In this document: positions 22,325 to 32,115 of the stretch, in pieces
How the letters are laid out: each line of letters starts with the position of its first letter
Numbering within the stretch: the stretch's first letter is position 1
Assembly: GCA_963843735.1 (NCBI GenBank)
Contig: CAWJLN010000008.1
Span: forward strand, 164,818 to 228,817
Source of the DNA: an uncultured Gammaproteobacteria bacterium
GTDB lineage: Bacteria > Pseudomonadota > Gammaproteobacteria > JAKDMP01
Direction of reading: 5' to 3'
DNA: 64,000 nucleotides
The notes under the pieces: model-generated
Told to the model about the DNA's origin: nothing
Database searches by the model: none
Seen by the model: the letters and a program-made list of their open reading frames with translations, nothing else
Position numbers and translations under genes: made by a program

Positions 22325-22779
22325 CCCCCTCTCCCTTTGGGAGAGGGTTGGGGTGAGGGTCAAAGATGGTTCAAGGCAAGAATACACCGCTGCCCACCAT
22401 TACAAAGACTGAAGCGAGGCAACTTCGGAGGAAGACTACAGACGCCGAAAATCAATTGTGGTATTACCTGCGTGCAGGTCGATTGGCGGGATTGAAGTTT
22501 AGGCGCCAGCATCCGGCACCGCCTTATATCCTGGATTTTTACTGCGACAGTGCGAAACTCGTTGTGGAGTTGGATGGGGCGCAGCATAGCGCTGGTGCTG
22601 ATTCGGCTCGCACGAATGCGCTGGAACGCAAGGGGCTGAAAGTTATAAGATTCTGGGACAACGATGCATTACTGGATACGCGAAGCGTGCTGGCGGTAAT
22701 TTTGGACGCAGCGCAAGCGAGAACCCTCACCCCAGCCCTCTCCCGGTGGGAGAGGGGGCAGGAAGATGGAGATGAGTGA
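22325..22779 (+). mobile_element. miniature element: DUF559 (Vsr/endonuclease-like) ORF flanked by about 36-bp inverted repeats, inserted between hppD and hmgA
   Basis: Left repeat ccccctctccctttgggagagggttggggtgagggt (22325-22360); right repeat accctcaccccagccctctcccggtgggagaggggg (22724-22758), the reverse complement with a few mismatches; each arm also contains an internal ccctctccc/gggagaggg hairpin. Confidence 0.6.
22366..22779 (+). CDS. DUF559-domain protein (very-short-patch-repair-endonuclease-like fold)
   Basis: 137 aa; core [21 protein letters not shown]...[17 protein letters not shown] typical of DUF559; the ORF C-terminus runs through the right inverted repeat and its stop overlaps the hmgA start. 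Confidence 0.6.
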   Translation: MVQGKNTPLPTITKTEARQLRRKTTDAENQLWYYLRAGRLAGLKFRRQHPAPPYILDFYCDSAKLVVELDGAQHSAGADSARTNALERKGLKVIRFWDNDALLDTRSVLAVILDAAQARTLTPALSRWERGQEDGDE

Positions 22780-24089
22780 AGAGATGAAAAACCCCGATTA
22801 CATGTCCGGTTTCGGTAACGAGTTTGCGACCGAGGCTTTGCCGGGCGCATTGCCGGTGGGGCAGAACTCGCCGCAGAAGGCGCCGTACGGACTCTACGCC
22901 GAGCAGCTTTCGGGCACGGCATTTACCGCGCCGCGTCATCTCAACCGCCGCAGTTGGCTGTACCGCATTCGTCCGGGGGCGATGCATAAACCGTTCGAGC
23001 TGCTGGACGAGGGGCGCTTCCACAGCCGCTTTGAAGAACAGCCAGCTACACCCAATCAATTGCGCTGGGATCCTTTCCCGCTGCCGAAAAAAGCCGTCGA
23101 CTTCGTGGACGGTTTGTTCACGCTGGCGGGCAACGGCGGCGCGGCCGAACAGGCCGGCTGCGGCATACATGTTTATGCCGCCAACCGTTCCATGCAGAAT
23201 CGCTTTTTCTACAATGCCGACGGCGAACTGCTTATCGTCCCGGAACAGGGCCGGCTGCGTCTGGCGACGGAACTGGGCGTGCTCGAGATCGCACCGCTGG
23301 AGATCGCCGTGATTCCGCGCGGTCTGCGCTTCCGGGTGGAACTGCCAGACGGGGAGGCGCGCGGCTATGTGGCGCGAGAACTTCGGGACGGCGCTGCGCC
23401 TGCCCGAACTCGGTCCCATCGGCTCCAACTCGCTCGCCAATGCGCGCGATTTTCTTTACCCCGTAGCGGCCTATGAAGACGAGGAAGGAAAGTGTGAACT
23501 CGTCGCAAAATTCCAGGGCCACCTGTGGTCGGCGGAGATGGATCATTCGCCGCTCGACGTCGTCGCCTGGCACGGCAACAACGCGCCATACAAATACGAT
23601 CTCATGCGTTTCAACACCATCGGCTCGATCAGCTACGATCATCCCGATCCCTCGATTTTCACGGTGCTGACCTCGCCGAGCGACACGCCCGGCACCGCGA
23701 ACATGGACTTTGTGATCTTTCCGCCGCGCTGGCTGGTCGCCGAGCACAGCTTCCGCCCGCCGTGGTATCACAGGAACGTGATGAGCGAATTCATGGGCCT
23801 GATCCGCGGCGAATACGATGCCAAGGCCGGCGGTTTCCTGCCCGGCGGCGCCTCGCTGCATAACTGCATGAGCGGCCATGGTCCGGACGCGGAAAGCTAC
23901 GAAAAGGCCGTGGCGGCGGATACATCGAAACCACAGCATGTTGCCGACACCATGGCCTTCATGTTCGAAACGCGCCGCGTGATTCATCCGACCCGCCAGG
24001 CGCTCGAAGCGCAGGAACTGCAAGGCGATTACCACGATGTTGGAGCGGAATCGAAAAACATTTCGATCCGGACCGGCCATGATTTCTGA
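22766..24089 (+). pseudogene. hmgA: homogentisate 1,2-dioxygenase, disrupted by a frameshift near 23,367-23,375
   Basis: N-terminal 200 aa ([25 protein letters not shown]...) lie in frame 2 (ORF 22766..23476). The remainder ([27 protein letters not shown] ... HDF) lies in frame 1 (ORF 23367..24089). Junction ...GEARGYV|(C)ENFG fits a 1-nt indel. Confidence 0.75.
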
Positions 24090-24112
24090 ACAAAACACAA
24101 AGGGATTGATGA

Positions 24113-25103
24113 ATGAAACTGGGAAGTTTGAAGGAGGGCGACCGTGACGGCGCATTGATCGTCGTCAGTCGTGACCTCGACCATGCCGTGCGCGCTGCGG
24201 ACGTTGCCGCCAGCCTGCGCGTGGCGCTGGAAGAATTGGGACGAATGCCGCGCCGCGAACTGAGCGGCGCTCTCGGATGCGTTGAATGCCGGCAAGGCGA
24301 AGGGTGCCTTCGACCTCGATCTTGCCGCACTTGCGGCGCCGCTGCCGCGAGCCTGGGAATTTCTCGACGGCTCGGCCTATCTGCCGCATGTCGAGCGCGT
24401 GCGCAAGGCGCGCGGGGTCGAGGTGCCGGATACCTTCTATACCGATCCGCTCATGTACCAGGCGACGAGCGCCGGTTTTCTCGGGCCGCGCGATCCGATT
24501 CCGGTCGCGAGCGAGGATTACGGCATAGACCTCGAAGCCGAAGTCGTGGTGGTGACCGACGAGGTACCGATGGGTGCCACGCCGGAGCAGGCCGGAGAGA
24601 AAATACGGCTCGTCGGTCTGGTCAACGATGTCAGCCTGCGTGGGCTGATTCCCGCCGAACTCAAGAAGGGTTTCGGCTTCGTGCAGAGCAAACCGCGTTC
24701 GGCGCTATCGCCGGTGTTTGTGACGCCGGACGAACTCGGCGATGCGTGGCGCGATTACAAACTCCATCTGCCGATGCTCACCCGCCTCAACGGCAATCGG
24801 CTGGGCGAGGCCGAGTGCGGCGTGGACATGCAGTTCAGTTTCGCGCAGCTCGTGGCACACGCGGCCAAGACGCGATCGCTTGCGGCCGGCACGCTCATCG
24901 GTTCCGGCACCATCGCCAATCAGGACACGGACAAGGGCGCCTCCTGCCTCGCCGAGCAGCGCACCGTGGAAACGTTGCGCGACGGCAAGCCGACGACGCC
25001 GTTTCTGAAATTCGGCGACAGCGTGCGCATCGAGATTCTCGACGCCGCCGGCAAGAGCATCTTCGGCGCGATCGAACAGACCGTGGAGCAATACAAGCCT
25101 TGA
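24113..25103 (+). pseudogene. fumarylacetoacetate hydrolase (FAH) family protein, disrupted by a frameshift near 24,260-24,285
   Basis: N-terminus MKLGSLKEGDRDGALIVVSRDL (FAH-family start) is in the frame of ORF 24113; the remaining about 270 aa (PLPRAWEFLDGSAYLPHVERVRKARG ... EQYKP) are in the frame of ORF 24282. Confidence 0.7.
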
Positions 25104-25743
25104 TCGAACTCTACGACTACTGGCGATCCTCGGCGGCGTATCGCATTCGCATCGCGCTCAATCTGAAAGGTCTCGCCGCACAGCAGCATTTAGTGAACCT
25201 GCGCGAAGGTGAACAGAAGAGTGCAAGCTATCGGCGCATGAACGCGCTTGGCCGCGTGCCGACGCTGGTGGACGACGGACAGGCGTTCACGCAGTCGCTG
25301 GCGATTCTCGAATACCTGGAAGAGCGCTATCCCGAGCCGCCCCTGCTGCCCGAAGATGTCGCCGCAAGGGCGCGGGTGAGGGCGCTCGCTCAACTCGTTG
25401 CCTGCGACATCCATCCGCTGAACAATCTGGGCGTGCTCAAATTCCTCGAGAACGAATTAAAGATAGGTGAGGAGAAGAAATTGATCTGGTATCGCCACTG
25501 GGTGGCAACCGGATTCGAGGCCCTGGAAACTTTGCTTGCCGGCGATACAGCGTAGCGGCCGTTTCTGTCATGGCGATACGCCGGGTCTTGCCGATGTTTG
25601 TCTTGTTCCGCAGATGTATAACGCGCGCCGCTTCGACTGCGATCTTCTCGGCCTATCCGACTATCGTGCGCATTGATGCCGCCTGCGCCGGGTTGGAAGC
25701 GTTTCGACAAGCTGCCCCCGAACGCCAGCCCGACGCGCAGTAG
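25100..25743 (+). pseudogene. maiA: maleylacetoacetate isomerase (GST zeta), two frameshifts (about 25,545-25,560 and about 25,640-25,655)
   Basis: TTG start overlapping the FAH stop; IELYDYWRSSAAYRIRIALNLKG (GST N-terminal domain) is in frame with ORF 24113..25555 up to ...LLAGDTA*. It continues in a second frame (GRFCHGDTPGLADVCLVPQMYNARRFDCDL) and a third (SAYPTIVRIDAACAGLEAFRQAAPERQPDAQ*). Confidence 0.7.
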
Positions 25744-25799
25744 TTTTTCAGCAGCCTGTTAATGCTTCCAGCTACGGAATGACGGAATGAATCAGAGCC

Positions 25800-26885
25800 C
25801 TATGCGGGCAGGGTTATTTCCAGCCATTCCAGATCGTCGGAACAGTCTTTGAAACCCCGCTCCATGCCTTCCGGAATGACGAATGCGTCACCCGCCGCCA
25901 GATTTGTCTCCGGCCGTTCGCAAGTAAGCAGTGTCAGGCGGCCCTGCAATACGAACGTGAACGCGAAGGCTTTGTCCTGAATTGAGCGTTCGCCTGCGGG
26001 TCCGGGCTCCGCGCTGCGGCGGATGACCTGCCCCCCGGCAAGTCCTTTCGTTGCCGTCGCGATGCCGAGATCGCGCGTCTCGAACGCCGATCCATGTCGC
26101 TTTTCCCAGCGGGCTTTGCTCGCCTGGTGGAACACAAAGGTTTGACCGCCGTAATCGCGTTCCGGCAGATGGCGTCCGGTCGGTAGCCGCATGTCGTGAT
26201 CGAGATAGGTCATGTGTGCGGCCGGGCAGCCGATTTCGACGACTTCTAAACCATCCGAGGACTTCAGCACGCGATGGCGGATATGCGGCGGTTGCAGCAC
26301 GCAGTCGCCGGGGCGCATGACAAACGGTTCGCCCTGATCTTCGTACACCAGGCGCACCCAGCCGCGGTAGCAATAGATGAGTTGAAAGTGGATGTCGTGA
26401 TAATGCACGTTGTCGGCGACCGGCCCGCCTTCGGGAATGCGGATGTGAGAGGCGATTGCGTAGCCGCCGAGGCGATCCGAAATCAGATCGCGATACTGCA
26501 TGCCGGCGCGCCCCGATTTCCAGGCATCTTTCCGGTTGTCGAAGCGCTGAATGCTCAGACCGGCTTTCAGCTCGGGTATGACCATGGGTTCTACGCACGG
26601 TCCGAACTCGATGCGCGTGCCATTGGGCGCGGTCAAGGTTTCGCGCCGCATGCCGCTTTCGGTGCCCAGGCGCAGCGTTCCACCGTCGCCTCTATGCGCG
26701 GCGTCCAGGCGCAGGTTCAGGCCGTGGCCGCTCAACTGCGCGCGCAGCGGATTGTCGGCAGGGCTAATGCTGTCGAGGCGAAAGCCCAGTTCGTCAATGA
26801 AAAAGCGCACGGTTTCGGACAGATTGCCGGCCGGCAATACCGATTCGGCCAAAGCGATTTTGGGCGTGTCAGGATGAGTGGACAA
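25800..26885 (-). CDS. bicupin-domain protein of unknown function
   Basis: 361 aa; two cupin-like beta-barrel modules (HYHDIHFQLIYCYRGWVRLVYEDQGEPFVMRPGDCV and FAFTFVLQGRLTLLTCERPETNLAAGDAFVIP). Confidence 0.55.
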   Translation of the reverse strand: MSTHPDTPKIALAESVLPAGNLSETVRFFIDELGFRLDSISPADNPLRAQLSGHGLNLRLDAAHRGDGGTLRLGTESGMRRETLTAPNGTRIEFGPCVEPMVIPELKAGLSIQRFDNRKDAWKSGRAGMQYRDLISDRLGGYAIASHIRIPEGGPVADNVHYHDIHFQLIYCYRGWVRLVYEDQGEPFVMRPGDCVLQPPHIRHRVLKSSDGLEVVEIGCPAAHMTYLDHDMRLPTGRHLPERDYGGQTFVFHQASKARWEKRHGSAFETRDLGIATATKGLAGGQVIRRSAEPGPAGERSIQDKAFAFTFVLQGRLTLLTCERPETNLAAGDAFVIPEGMERGFKDCSDDLEWLEITLPA

Positions 26886-26905
26886 GCGAGGTTCTCCGTC
26901 CGGCT

Positions 26906-27322
26906 TCAGGCGGCAAAGAGACGGGAAAGGTCGCTGAAGCCCTTGAACTCCAGGGCGTTGCCGGAAGGATCGTAGAGAAAGAACGTGCCCTGTTCGCCGG
27001 GCTCACCCTTGAAACGCAGGTGCGGGGCGATGGCGAATTCGACGCCTTGCGCTTCGAGCCGTCCGGCAAGCGCTTTCCATTCCTTCAGCGTCAACACCAG
27101 TCCGAAGTGCGGGACGGGAACGGCATCGTGATCCACAAGATTTTTGTGCGGTGGTTGCGACCGTTGTTCGACGAGATGGCAGACGAGTTGGTGTCCGCCG
27201 AGATCGAAGTCCACCCAGCTTGCATCGCTGCGGCCTTCGTCGCAACCGAGCAACTCGCCGTAGAAGGCGCGCGCCGCGGCGAGATCGTGCACGGGAATCG
27301 CGAGATGAAAGCGCGGCGGCAT
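26906..27322 (-). CDS. VOC (glyoxalase/bleomycin-resistance/dioxygenase) family protein
   Basis: 138 aa; FHLAIPVHDLAAARAFYGELLGC N-terminal VOC module and HFGLVL...GTFFLYDPSGNALEF second half. Confidence 0.7.
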   Translation of the reverse strand: MPPRFHLAIPVHDLAAARAFYGELLGCDEGRSDASWVDFDLGGHQLVCHLVEQRSQPPHKNLVDHDAVPVPHFGLVLTLKEWKALAGRLEAQGVEFAIAPHLRFKGEPGEQGTFFLYDPSGNALEFKGFSDLSRLFAA

Positions 27323-27347
27323 AGGCGTTTTCTCCTTCAGGGTCGTA

Positions 27348-27812
27348 TCAACGTTTCTCGCGCAGCAGGCGGCCCTGCTCGCGCGCCCAATCGTGCTCCC
27401 GGGAGGCCTGGCGTTTGTCGTGCTGCTTGCGGCCCTTGGCGAGGCCGAGCTCGAGTTTGGCGCGCCCGCGCTTCCAGTACAGGCGCAGCGGCACGAGTGT
27501 ATAGCCGCGGCGTTCGACCGCGCCGGTGAGGTGGCGCAGCTCGCTTGCGTGCATCAGCAGCTTGCGGGTGCGGTCGGGCTCGGGCGTGATATGTGTGGAG
27601 GCGCTCGCGAGCGGCGTGACATGGGAGCCGATCAGCCAGGCCTCGCCCGCACGCAGTATGGCGTGCGCTTCGACGATGCTCGCGCGGCCCGCGCGCAGGG
27701 CCTTCACCTCCCAGCCTTCGAGCGCGAGACCCGCCTCGTAGCGTTCTTCGATAGAATAATCATGGCGCGCGCGGCGGTTTTCCGCGATTGCGGCGCTGGC
27801 GGATTTGTTCAT
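27348..27812 (-). CDS. smpB: SsrA-binding protein
   Basis: 154 aa; canonical SmpB ([32 protein letters not shown]...[24 protein letters not shown]). Confidence 0.9.
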   Translation of the reverse strand: MNKSASAAIAENRRARHDYSIEERYEAGLALEGWEVKALRAGRASIVEAHAILRAGEAWLIGSHVTPLASASTHITPEPDRTRKLLMHASELRHLTGAVERRGYTLVPLRLYWKRGRAKLELGLAKGRKQHDKRQASREHDWAREQGRLLREKR

Positions 27813-27886
27813 GCGCCTATTGTATGCGCGAGTAGCGCGCCGGTATCGGCGCGACCCGCGCCACCATTCGAAGATCGGGGAGAAAT

Positions 27887-28324
27887 TTGCGCGAGATTCA
27901 CCGCTCGGCTCTGGTGCCTTACACGGCCGAGGATATGTTCGATCTGGTGAACGACGTCGAGTCGTATCCCCGGTTCCTGCCCTGGTGCCGCAATTCCTCG
28001 GTGCGCGAGCTCGGCGAGGACGAGCGGGAAGCGAGTCTGGAATTTTCGCGCGCGGGGCTGCACCGGCGCTTCACCACCTGCAATCGCCTGGAGCGCGGGC
28101 GCGCGATCAGGATGGATCTCGTCAACGGCCCGTTTCGCGTACTCGACGGGTGCTGGAGTTTTCACAATCTCGGCGAAGCGGGATCGAAGGTCGCGCTCGA
28201 TCTTCGCTTCGAGTTCGCCTCGCGTCTGCTCGAAGCGGTGTTCGCGCCGGTCTTCGCCGAAGTGATGAATTCTCTGGTGGACGCCTTCGTTGCGCGGGCG
28301 CGCGATCTGCATCATGTCGCCTGA
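27887..28324 (+). CDS. ratA: type II toxin-antitoxin-like ribosome-association toxin RatA (SRPBCC / polyketide-cyclase fold)
   Basis: 145 aa; conserved position next to smpB and rnfH; SRPBCC-type sequence ([25 protein letters not shown]). Confidence 0.75.
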   Translation: MREIHRSALVPYTAEDMFDLVNDVESYPRFLPWCRNSSVRELGEDEREASLEFSRAGLHRRFTTCNRLERGRAIRMDLVNGPFRVLDGCWSFHNLGEAGSKVALDLRFEFASRLLEAVFAPVFAEVMNSLVDAFVARARDLHHVA

Positions 28325-28580
28325 GCGCGAGATTCATGTCGAACTTGCGGGCGCCGTGCCGTTTCTCGACGGTCCGGTGGGGATGCGGCTTGCGGCGGGC
28401 GCCTGCATGGCCGATGCGCTCGCCGTGCTCGGTGCGGGCGCGGACGATGCTTTTGAATTCGGGATTTGGGGCCGCAAGGCGTCGCCCGCGACGCCGCTGC
28501 GCAACGGAGACCGGATCGAGTTTTATCGCCCGCTTATCGCCGATCCGAAGACAGCGCGGCGCGCCCGCGCGAAACGCTGA
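28314..28580 (+). CDS. rnfH: RnfH family protein (ubiquitin-like fold)
   Basis: ATG 28314 overlapping the ratA stop; [17 protein letters not shown]...GDRIEFYRPLIADPK typical RnfH. Confidence 0.75.
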   Translation: MSPEREIHVELAGAVPFLDGPVGMRLAAGACMADALAVLGAGADDAFEFGIWGRKASPATPLRNGDRIEFYRPLIADPKTARRARAKR

Positions 28581-28595
28581 CGTCCGTTCGATCGT

Positions 28596-28976
28596 CTATG
28601 TTTTTGAAGCGCTTGCCGGAGACGGTGTTGCGGTCTTCCTGGCTTTCGTCTGGGCGCCGGGCGCCTGGGTAATCGGCTGGGAGGTTTCGAAGCTTGCCAC
28701 CTTGTCGTCCTTGAACTGCACCGTCAGCCGGTAGATGAAGGGTTTGGCGCGGGCGCCGCTCTTGTAGTAATAGACGTAATGCCAGGTGTCGGGATAGAAG
28801 GGATCGGCGAGCATCGGGCTGCCGAACAGAAAGCTCACCTGTTTGGTGGTCATTCCGACCCGCAATTTCGCGAGATCGTCGGCCTTCAGATAGTTGCCCT
28901 GAATAACGGGCGGCACATAGACGCAGCCCGCGAAGGCAAGCAGGGCGGCTCCGGCAAGAAGGAATCGGCAGCGCAT
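28596..28976 (-). CDS. bamE: outer membrane protein assembly factor BamE (SmpA/OmlA lipoprotein)
   Basis: 126 aa; lipobox LLAFAGC; BamE fold motif GNYLKADDLAKLRVGMTTKQVSFLFGSP; divergent from fur as in other proteobacteria. Confidence 0.8.
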   Translation of the reverse strand: MRCRFLLAGAALLAFAGCVYVPPVIQGNYLKADDLAKLRVGMTTKQVSFLFGSPMLADPFYPDTWHYVYYYKSGARAKPFIYRLTVQFKDDKVASFETSQPITQAPGAQTKARKTATPSPASASKT

Positions 28977-29040
28977 GGGGCATCAACTCTGGGCATCAAT
29001 GCGTCATAATAACCGGGAAACCCCCTTCAGCCCAAGCCCC

Positions 29041-29487
29041 ATGACGGAAGATCAGGACCTTCGCGATGCCGGGCTCAAGGTTACGGCACCGCGGCTGAAA
29101 ATTCTGCGGGTGCTGGAATCGAGCCCGCGGCGCCACATGGGCGCCGAGGACGTGTATCGCGCGCTGCTCGAAGCGGGCGAGGAACTCAACCTTGCGACCG
29201 TCTATCGCGTGCTCACCCAGTTCGAGACCGCGGGACTTGTTTCGCGCTTGCACTTCGAGGGGGGGCATTCGAGTTTCGAGCTGGATTCCGGCAAGCATCA
29301 CGACCACATCGTCTGCGTCGTTTGCGGGCGAGTGGACGAATTCGTGGACGAGGTCATTGAGGAGCGCCAGGCCGCCATCGCGAAAAGGCTCGGCTACGAA
29401 ATGACCGATCACGCGCTCTACATCTATGGCCTCTGCTCCAAGTGCCGCGCCGAGGGGCGTATCCCGAGCTCCCATGCCACGCCATAA
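29041..29487 (+). CDS. fur: ferric uptake regulator
   Basis: Start at ATG 29041 (MTEDQDLRDAGLKVTAPRLKIL); DNA-binding helix and HHDHxxCxxC metal site (GKHHDHIVCVVCGRVDEF). Confidence 0.9.
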   Translation: MTEDQDLRDAGLKVTAPRLKILRVLESSPRRHMGAEDVYRALLEAGEELNLATVYRVLTQFETAGLVSRLHFEGGHSSFELDSGKHHDHIVCVVCGRVDEFVDEVIEERQAAIAKRLGYEMTDHALYIYGLCSKCRAEGRIPSSHATP

Positions 29488-29531
29488 ATTTATTATATTA
29501 ACAATAACTTATTTGGCTAAATTAGTGTAAA

Positions 29532-31199
29532 TTATTCCGATTCAGCGCGGGCGATAAGCTCGCGCGCATGGCTGCGCGCGGATTCGCCGACGCGCACGCC
29601 GGCGAGCATGGCCGCGATCGCCTCCACGCGACGTTCGGCATCCAGCGCTTCCACCAGCGTCGTGCTCGCGCCGCTCTTGTTTGCCTTGCTGACGGCGTAA
29701 TGATGATCGGCAAGCGCCGCGACCTGTGGCAGATGCGTCACGCACAGTACCTGGCGCCGCGCGGCAAGCGCCTTGAGGCGCCGGCCGACGAGTTCGGCGA
29801 CGCGCCCACTGACGCCCGCGTCCACTTCGTCGAAGACCATAACCGGTACGCCCGCGGCGGCGCTTGCAAGCACCTCGACGGCGAGTGCAAGACGCGAGAG
29901 TTCGCCGCCGGAGGCGACCTGTGCGATGGGGCCGGGCGTTTGGCCGGCGTTGGTAGCGACCTGAAAAACGATGCGTTCGCGCCCGCCGGGCGGACAGGCA
30001 TCATCCTCCACCGGCGTAAGCGCCGCCTCGAAACGCGCTTGCGGCATGCCGAGTTCGCGCGCCGCCTTGGTAACCGCTGCGGCGAAGCGCGGTGCCGCCT
30101 CGGCACGTTTACGGCTCAAAACCGCCGCTGCGTCCCGATAGTCGTTCCTGACTGCCGCGAGCGCGCGTTCCAGCCGCGCAAGCCGGTCGCCGCCTTCGTC
30201 GAGATCGGCAATTTCCGTCTCGACGGTGGTTTGCCTGTCCGCAAGTTCGCCGGGCGAGCAGTCGTGCTTGCGTGCGAGCGCCTGATAGCGGGCGATGCGT
30301 TCGTTCAGCCATTCGAGGCGATTGGGATCCGCCTCGGCCTCGCGGCGGCGATGCAGTTCGCGCACCGCTTCGTCGGCAAACGCTTCGGCCTGGGCGAGCA
30401 GGCCGGTCGTCTCGGCGAGCCCGGCGCCCGCAGGCAGGCGCGCGAGCGCTTCGCGCGCGGTAGCCAATGCGGCGAGAGCCGGAGCCTCGCCTTCGTCCAG
30501 CGCCGCGAGCGCGGCTGCCAACGCTTCTTCGCTGCGTTCGTGGTGGCGCAGGCTGTCGTATTCGCCGTTCAATTCGTCGTACTCGTCTTCGCGCGGCGCA
30601 AGTTCGCCCAGTTCGCGTTGCTGGAAGCGCAGGAATTCCAGCCGCGCGTCGCGCCCGGCGACGGCCTTGCGCGCATCGGCGAGCGCGGCTTCCGCCTCGC
30701 GCACCGCATCGGCAGCAATCGTCACCTGCGCCGCAAGTGTTTCCGCTTGCGCGAAGGCATCCAGCAATTCGCGCTGATACGCAGGGCGGGCGAGGGCGTG
30801 ATGCTCGTGCTGGCCGTGGATTTCGACCAGCGGTTCGCCGAGTTCGCGCAATGCCGCAAGCGGCATCGGTACGCCGTTCACCCAGGCCCGGCTGCGCCCG
30901 TCGCTGCCCATCTGCCGGTGCAGCATCAGATGGTCTTCCAGCGGCAGATCGCGTGCGGCAAGTGCGTCGCGCAGCGCATTGTTTTCGGGCAGGGAAAATT
31001 CTGCACTGACGCTTGCGCGTTCGGCGCCGCCGCGCACCAGCGACGCCGCGCCACGATCGCCGAGCACGAGTCCCAGCGCATCTACCAGCAGAGATTTCCC
31101 TGCGCCGGTCTCGCCGGTGAGCACGGTGAATCCCGCGCCGGGCTCCATCTCCGCTTCGCTGATGACGGCGAGATCGCGTACCGCGAGGCGGGTCAGCAT
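29532..31199 (-). CDS. recN: DNA repair protein RecN
   Basis: 555 aa; Walker A GETGAGKS, long coiled-coil region, C-terminal ABC signature and Walker B (VMVFDEVDAGVSG). Confidence 0.9.
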   Translation of the reverse strand: MLTRLAVRDLAVISEAEMEPGAGFTVLTGETGAGKSLLVDALGLVLGDRGAASLVRGGAERASVSAEFSLPENNALRDALAARDLPLEDHLMLHRQMGSDGRSRAWVNGVPMPLAALRELGEPLVEIHGQHEHHALARPAYQRELLDAFAQAETLAAQVTIAADAVREAEAALADARKAVAGRDARLEFLRFQQRELGELAPREDEYDELNGEYDSLRHHERSEEALAAALAALDEGEAPALAALATAREALARLPAGAGLAETTGLLAQAEAFADEAVRELHRRREAEADPNRLEWLNERIARYQALARKHDCSPGELADRQTTVETEIADLDEGGDRLARLERALAAVRNDYRDAAAVLSRKRAEAAPRFAAAVTKAARELGMPQARFEAALTPVEDDACPPGGRERIVFQVATNAGQTPGPIAQVASGGELSRLALAVEVLASAAAGVPVMVFDEVDAGVSGRVAELVGRRLKALAARRQVLCVTHLPQVAALADHHYAVSKANKSGASTTLVEALDAERRVEAIAAMLAGVRVGESARSHARELIARAESE

Positions 31200-32080
31200 T
31201 CGGGTGCGCGTCCGCCCCAGCCGAGTTTTTCGCGCAAGGTGGCGAAGTATTCATAACCCTGCGGGTGGACCAGACTCAGTTCGTGTTCTGCGCGGGTTAC
31301 GCGCAGTTCGTCGCCGGGCGCGAGCGCAAGCGTGAGCTGCCCGTCGAGTACGGCTTCGGCGCTTTCTCCCGCCTCAAGCAGCGGACGCAGGCGAATCGGC
31401 TGATCTGCAGGCACTACGGCGGGACGTTCGCCGAGACTGTGCGGGCAGATGGGAACGATCGCGAAGGTATCGAGGCTGGGGGCGAGGATCGGTCCGCCCG
31501 CCGACAGCGCATAGGCGGTCGAACCGGTGGGCGTGGCGACGATCAGCCCGTCGCCGCGGGTGCGGCTGAAATAGGCATCGCCGACCCAGGCTTCCACTTC
31601 AAGCAGACGGGAACCGTCGCGGCGCTTGACGACCACGTCGTTCACGGCATGATGGACTTGCGGATTCGTGCCGTCGGTTGCGACGCGGAGCATGGTGCGC
31701 TGTTCCAGCGTGTAGCGTCCGTCGAGCACAGCGCCGAGTTCTTCGGCCAGCGCACCGGAGCGCACGTCGGCGAGAAAACCGATGCGACCGAGGTTGATGC
31801 CGATCAGAGGCACCGATGCCCAGCCGAGCGCGCGCGCCGCGGCGAGCAGCGACCCGTCGCCGCCGACGACGATAGCGCATTCGGCCCACTGCGCAATCCT
31901 TTCCGGCTCGGCTTCGGCAGCGTGGGGCTGGAGTGTCGTGGCATGGCCGGTGGCGAGAATCTCGCAGTCGGCCTCGCGCAATATGCCGAGCACCGCGTCC
32001 ATGACCGCGCCGGTCGCCGGGTCGGCCACCTTGGCGAACAAACCGATGCGCCGGAAAGGCTTTTGCGTCATATTCGGCAC
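31193..32080 (-). CDS. nadK: NAD(+) kinase
   Basis: 295 aa; GGDGS motif (IVVGGDGSLL), NDVVV and TPTGSTAYALSAGGPI blocks. Confidence 0.9.
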   Translation of the reverse strand: MPNMTQKPFRRIGLFAKVADPATGAVMDAVLGILREADCEILATGHATTLQPHAAEAEPERIAQWAECAIVVGGDGSLLAAARALGWASVPLIGINLGRIGFLADVRSGALAEELGAVLDGRYTLEQRTMLRVATDGTNPQVHHAVNDVVVKRRDGSRLLEVEAWVGDAYFSRTRGDGLIVATPTGSTAYALSAGGPILAPSLDTFAIVPICPHSLGERPAVVPADQPIRLRPLLEAGESAEAVLDGQLTLALAPGDELRVTRAEHELSLVHPQGYEYFATLREKLGWGGRAPEC

Positions 32081-32115
32081 CGTAGCACGGTCCGCGTTAA
32101 ATGAAAAAGTGTAGC

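Noticed and set aside
22325-22758. Interpreting the inverted repeats around the DUF559 ORF as IS terminal repeats of a transposon
   Set aside because: No transposase is encoded; DUF559 is a Vsr-like endonuclease fold. Better described as a REP-like/miniature element of uncertain mobility.
24113-25555. Single 480-aa ORF spanning the FAH-family gene and maiA
   Set aside because: Artefact of frame fusion: the first 50 aa are the FAH N-terminus, the middle is Arg-rich out-of-frame read-through of FAH, the end is the maiA N-terminal domain.
27348-28580. smpB-ratA-rnfH cluster as something unusual
   Set aside because: This arrangement (including the ratA/rnfH overlap and the nearby bamE-fur divergent pair) is a widely conserved proteobacterial neighbourhood.
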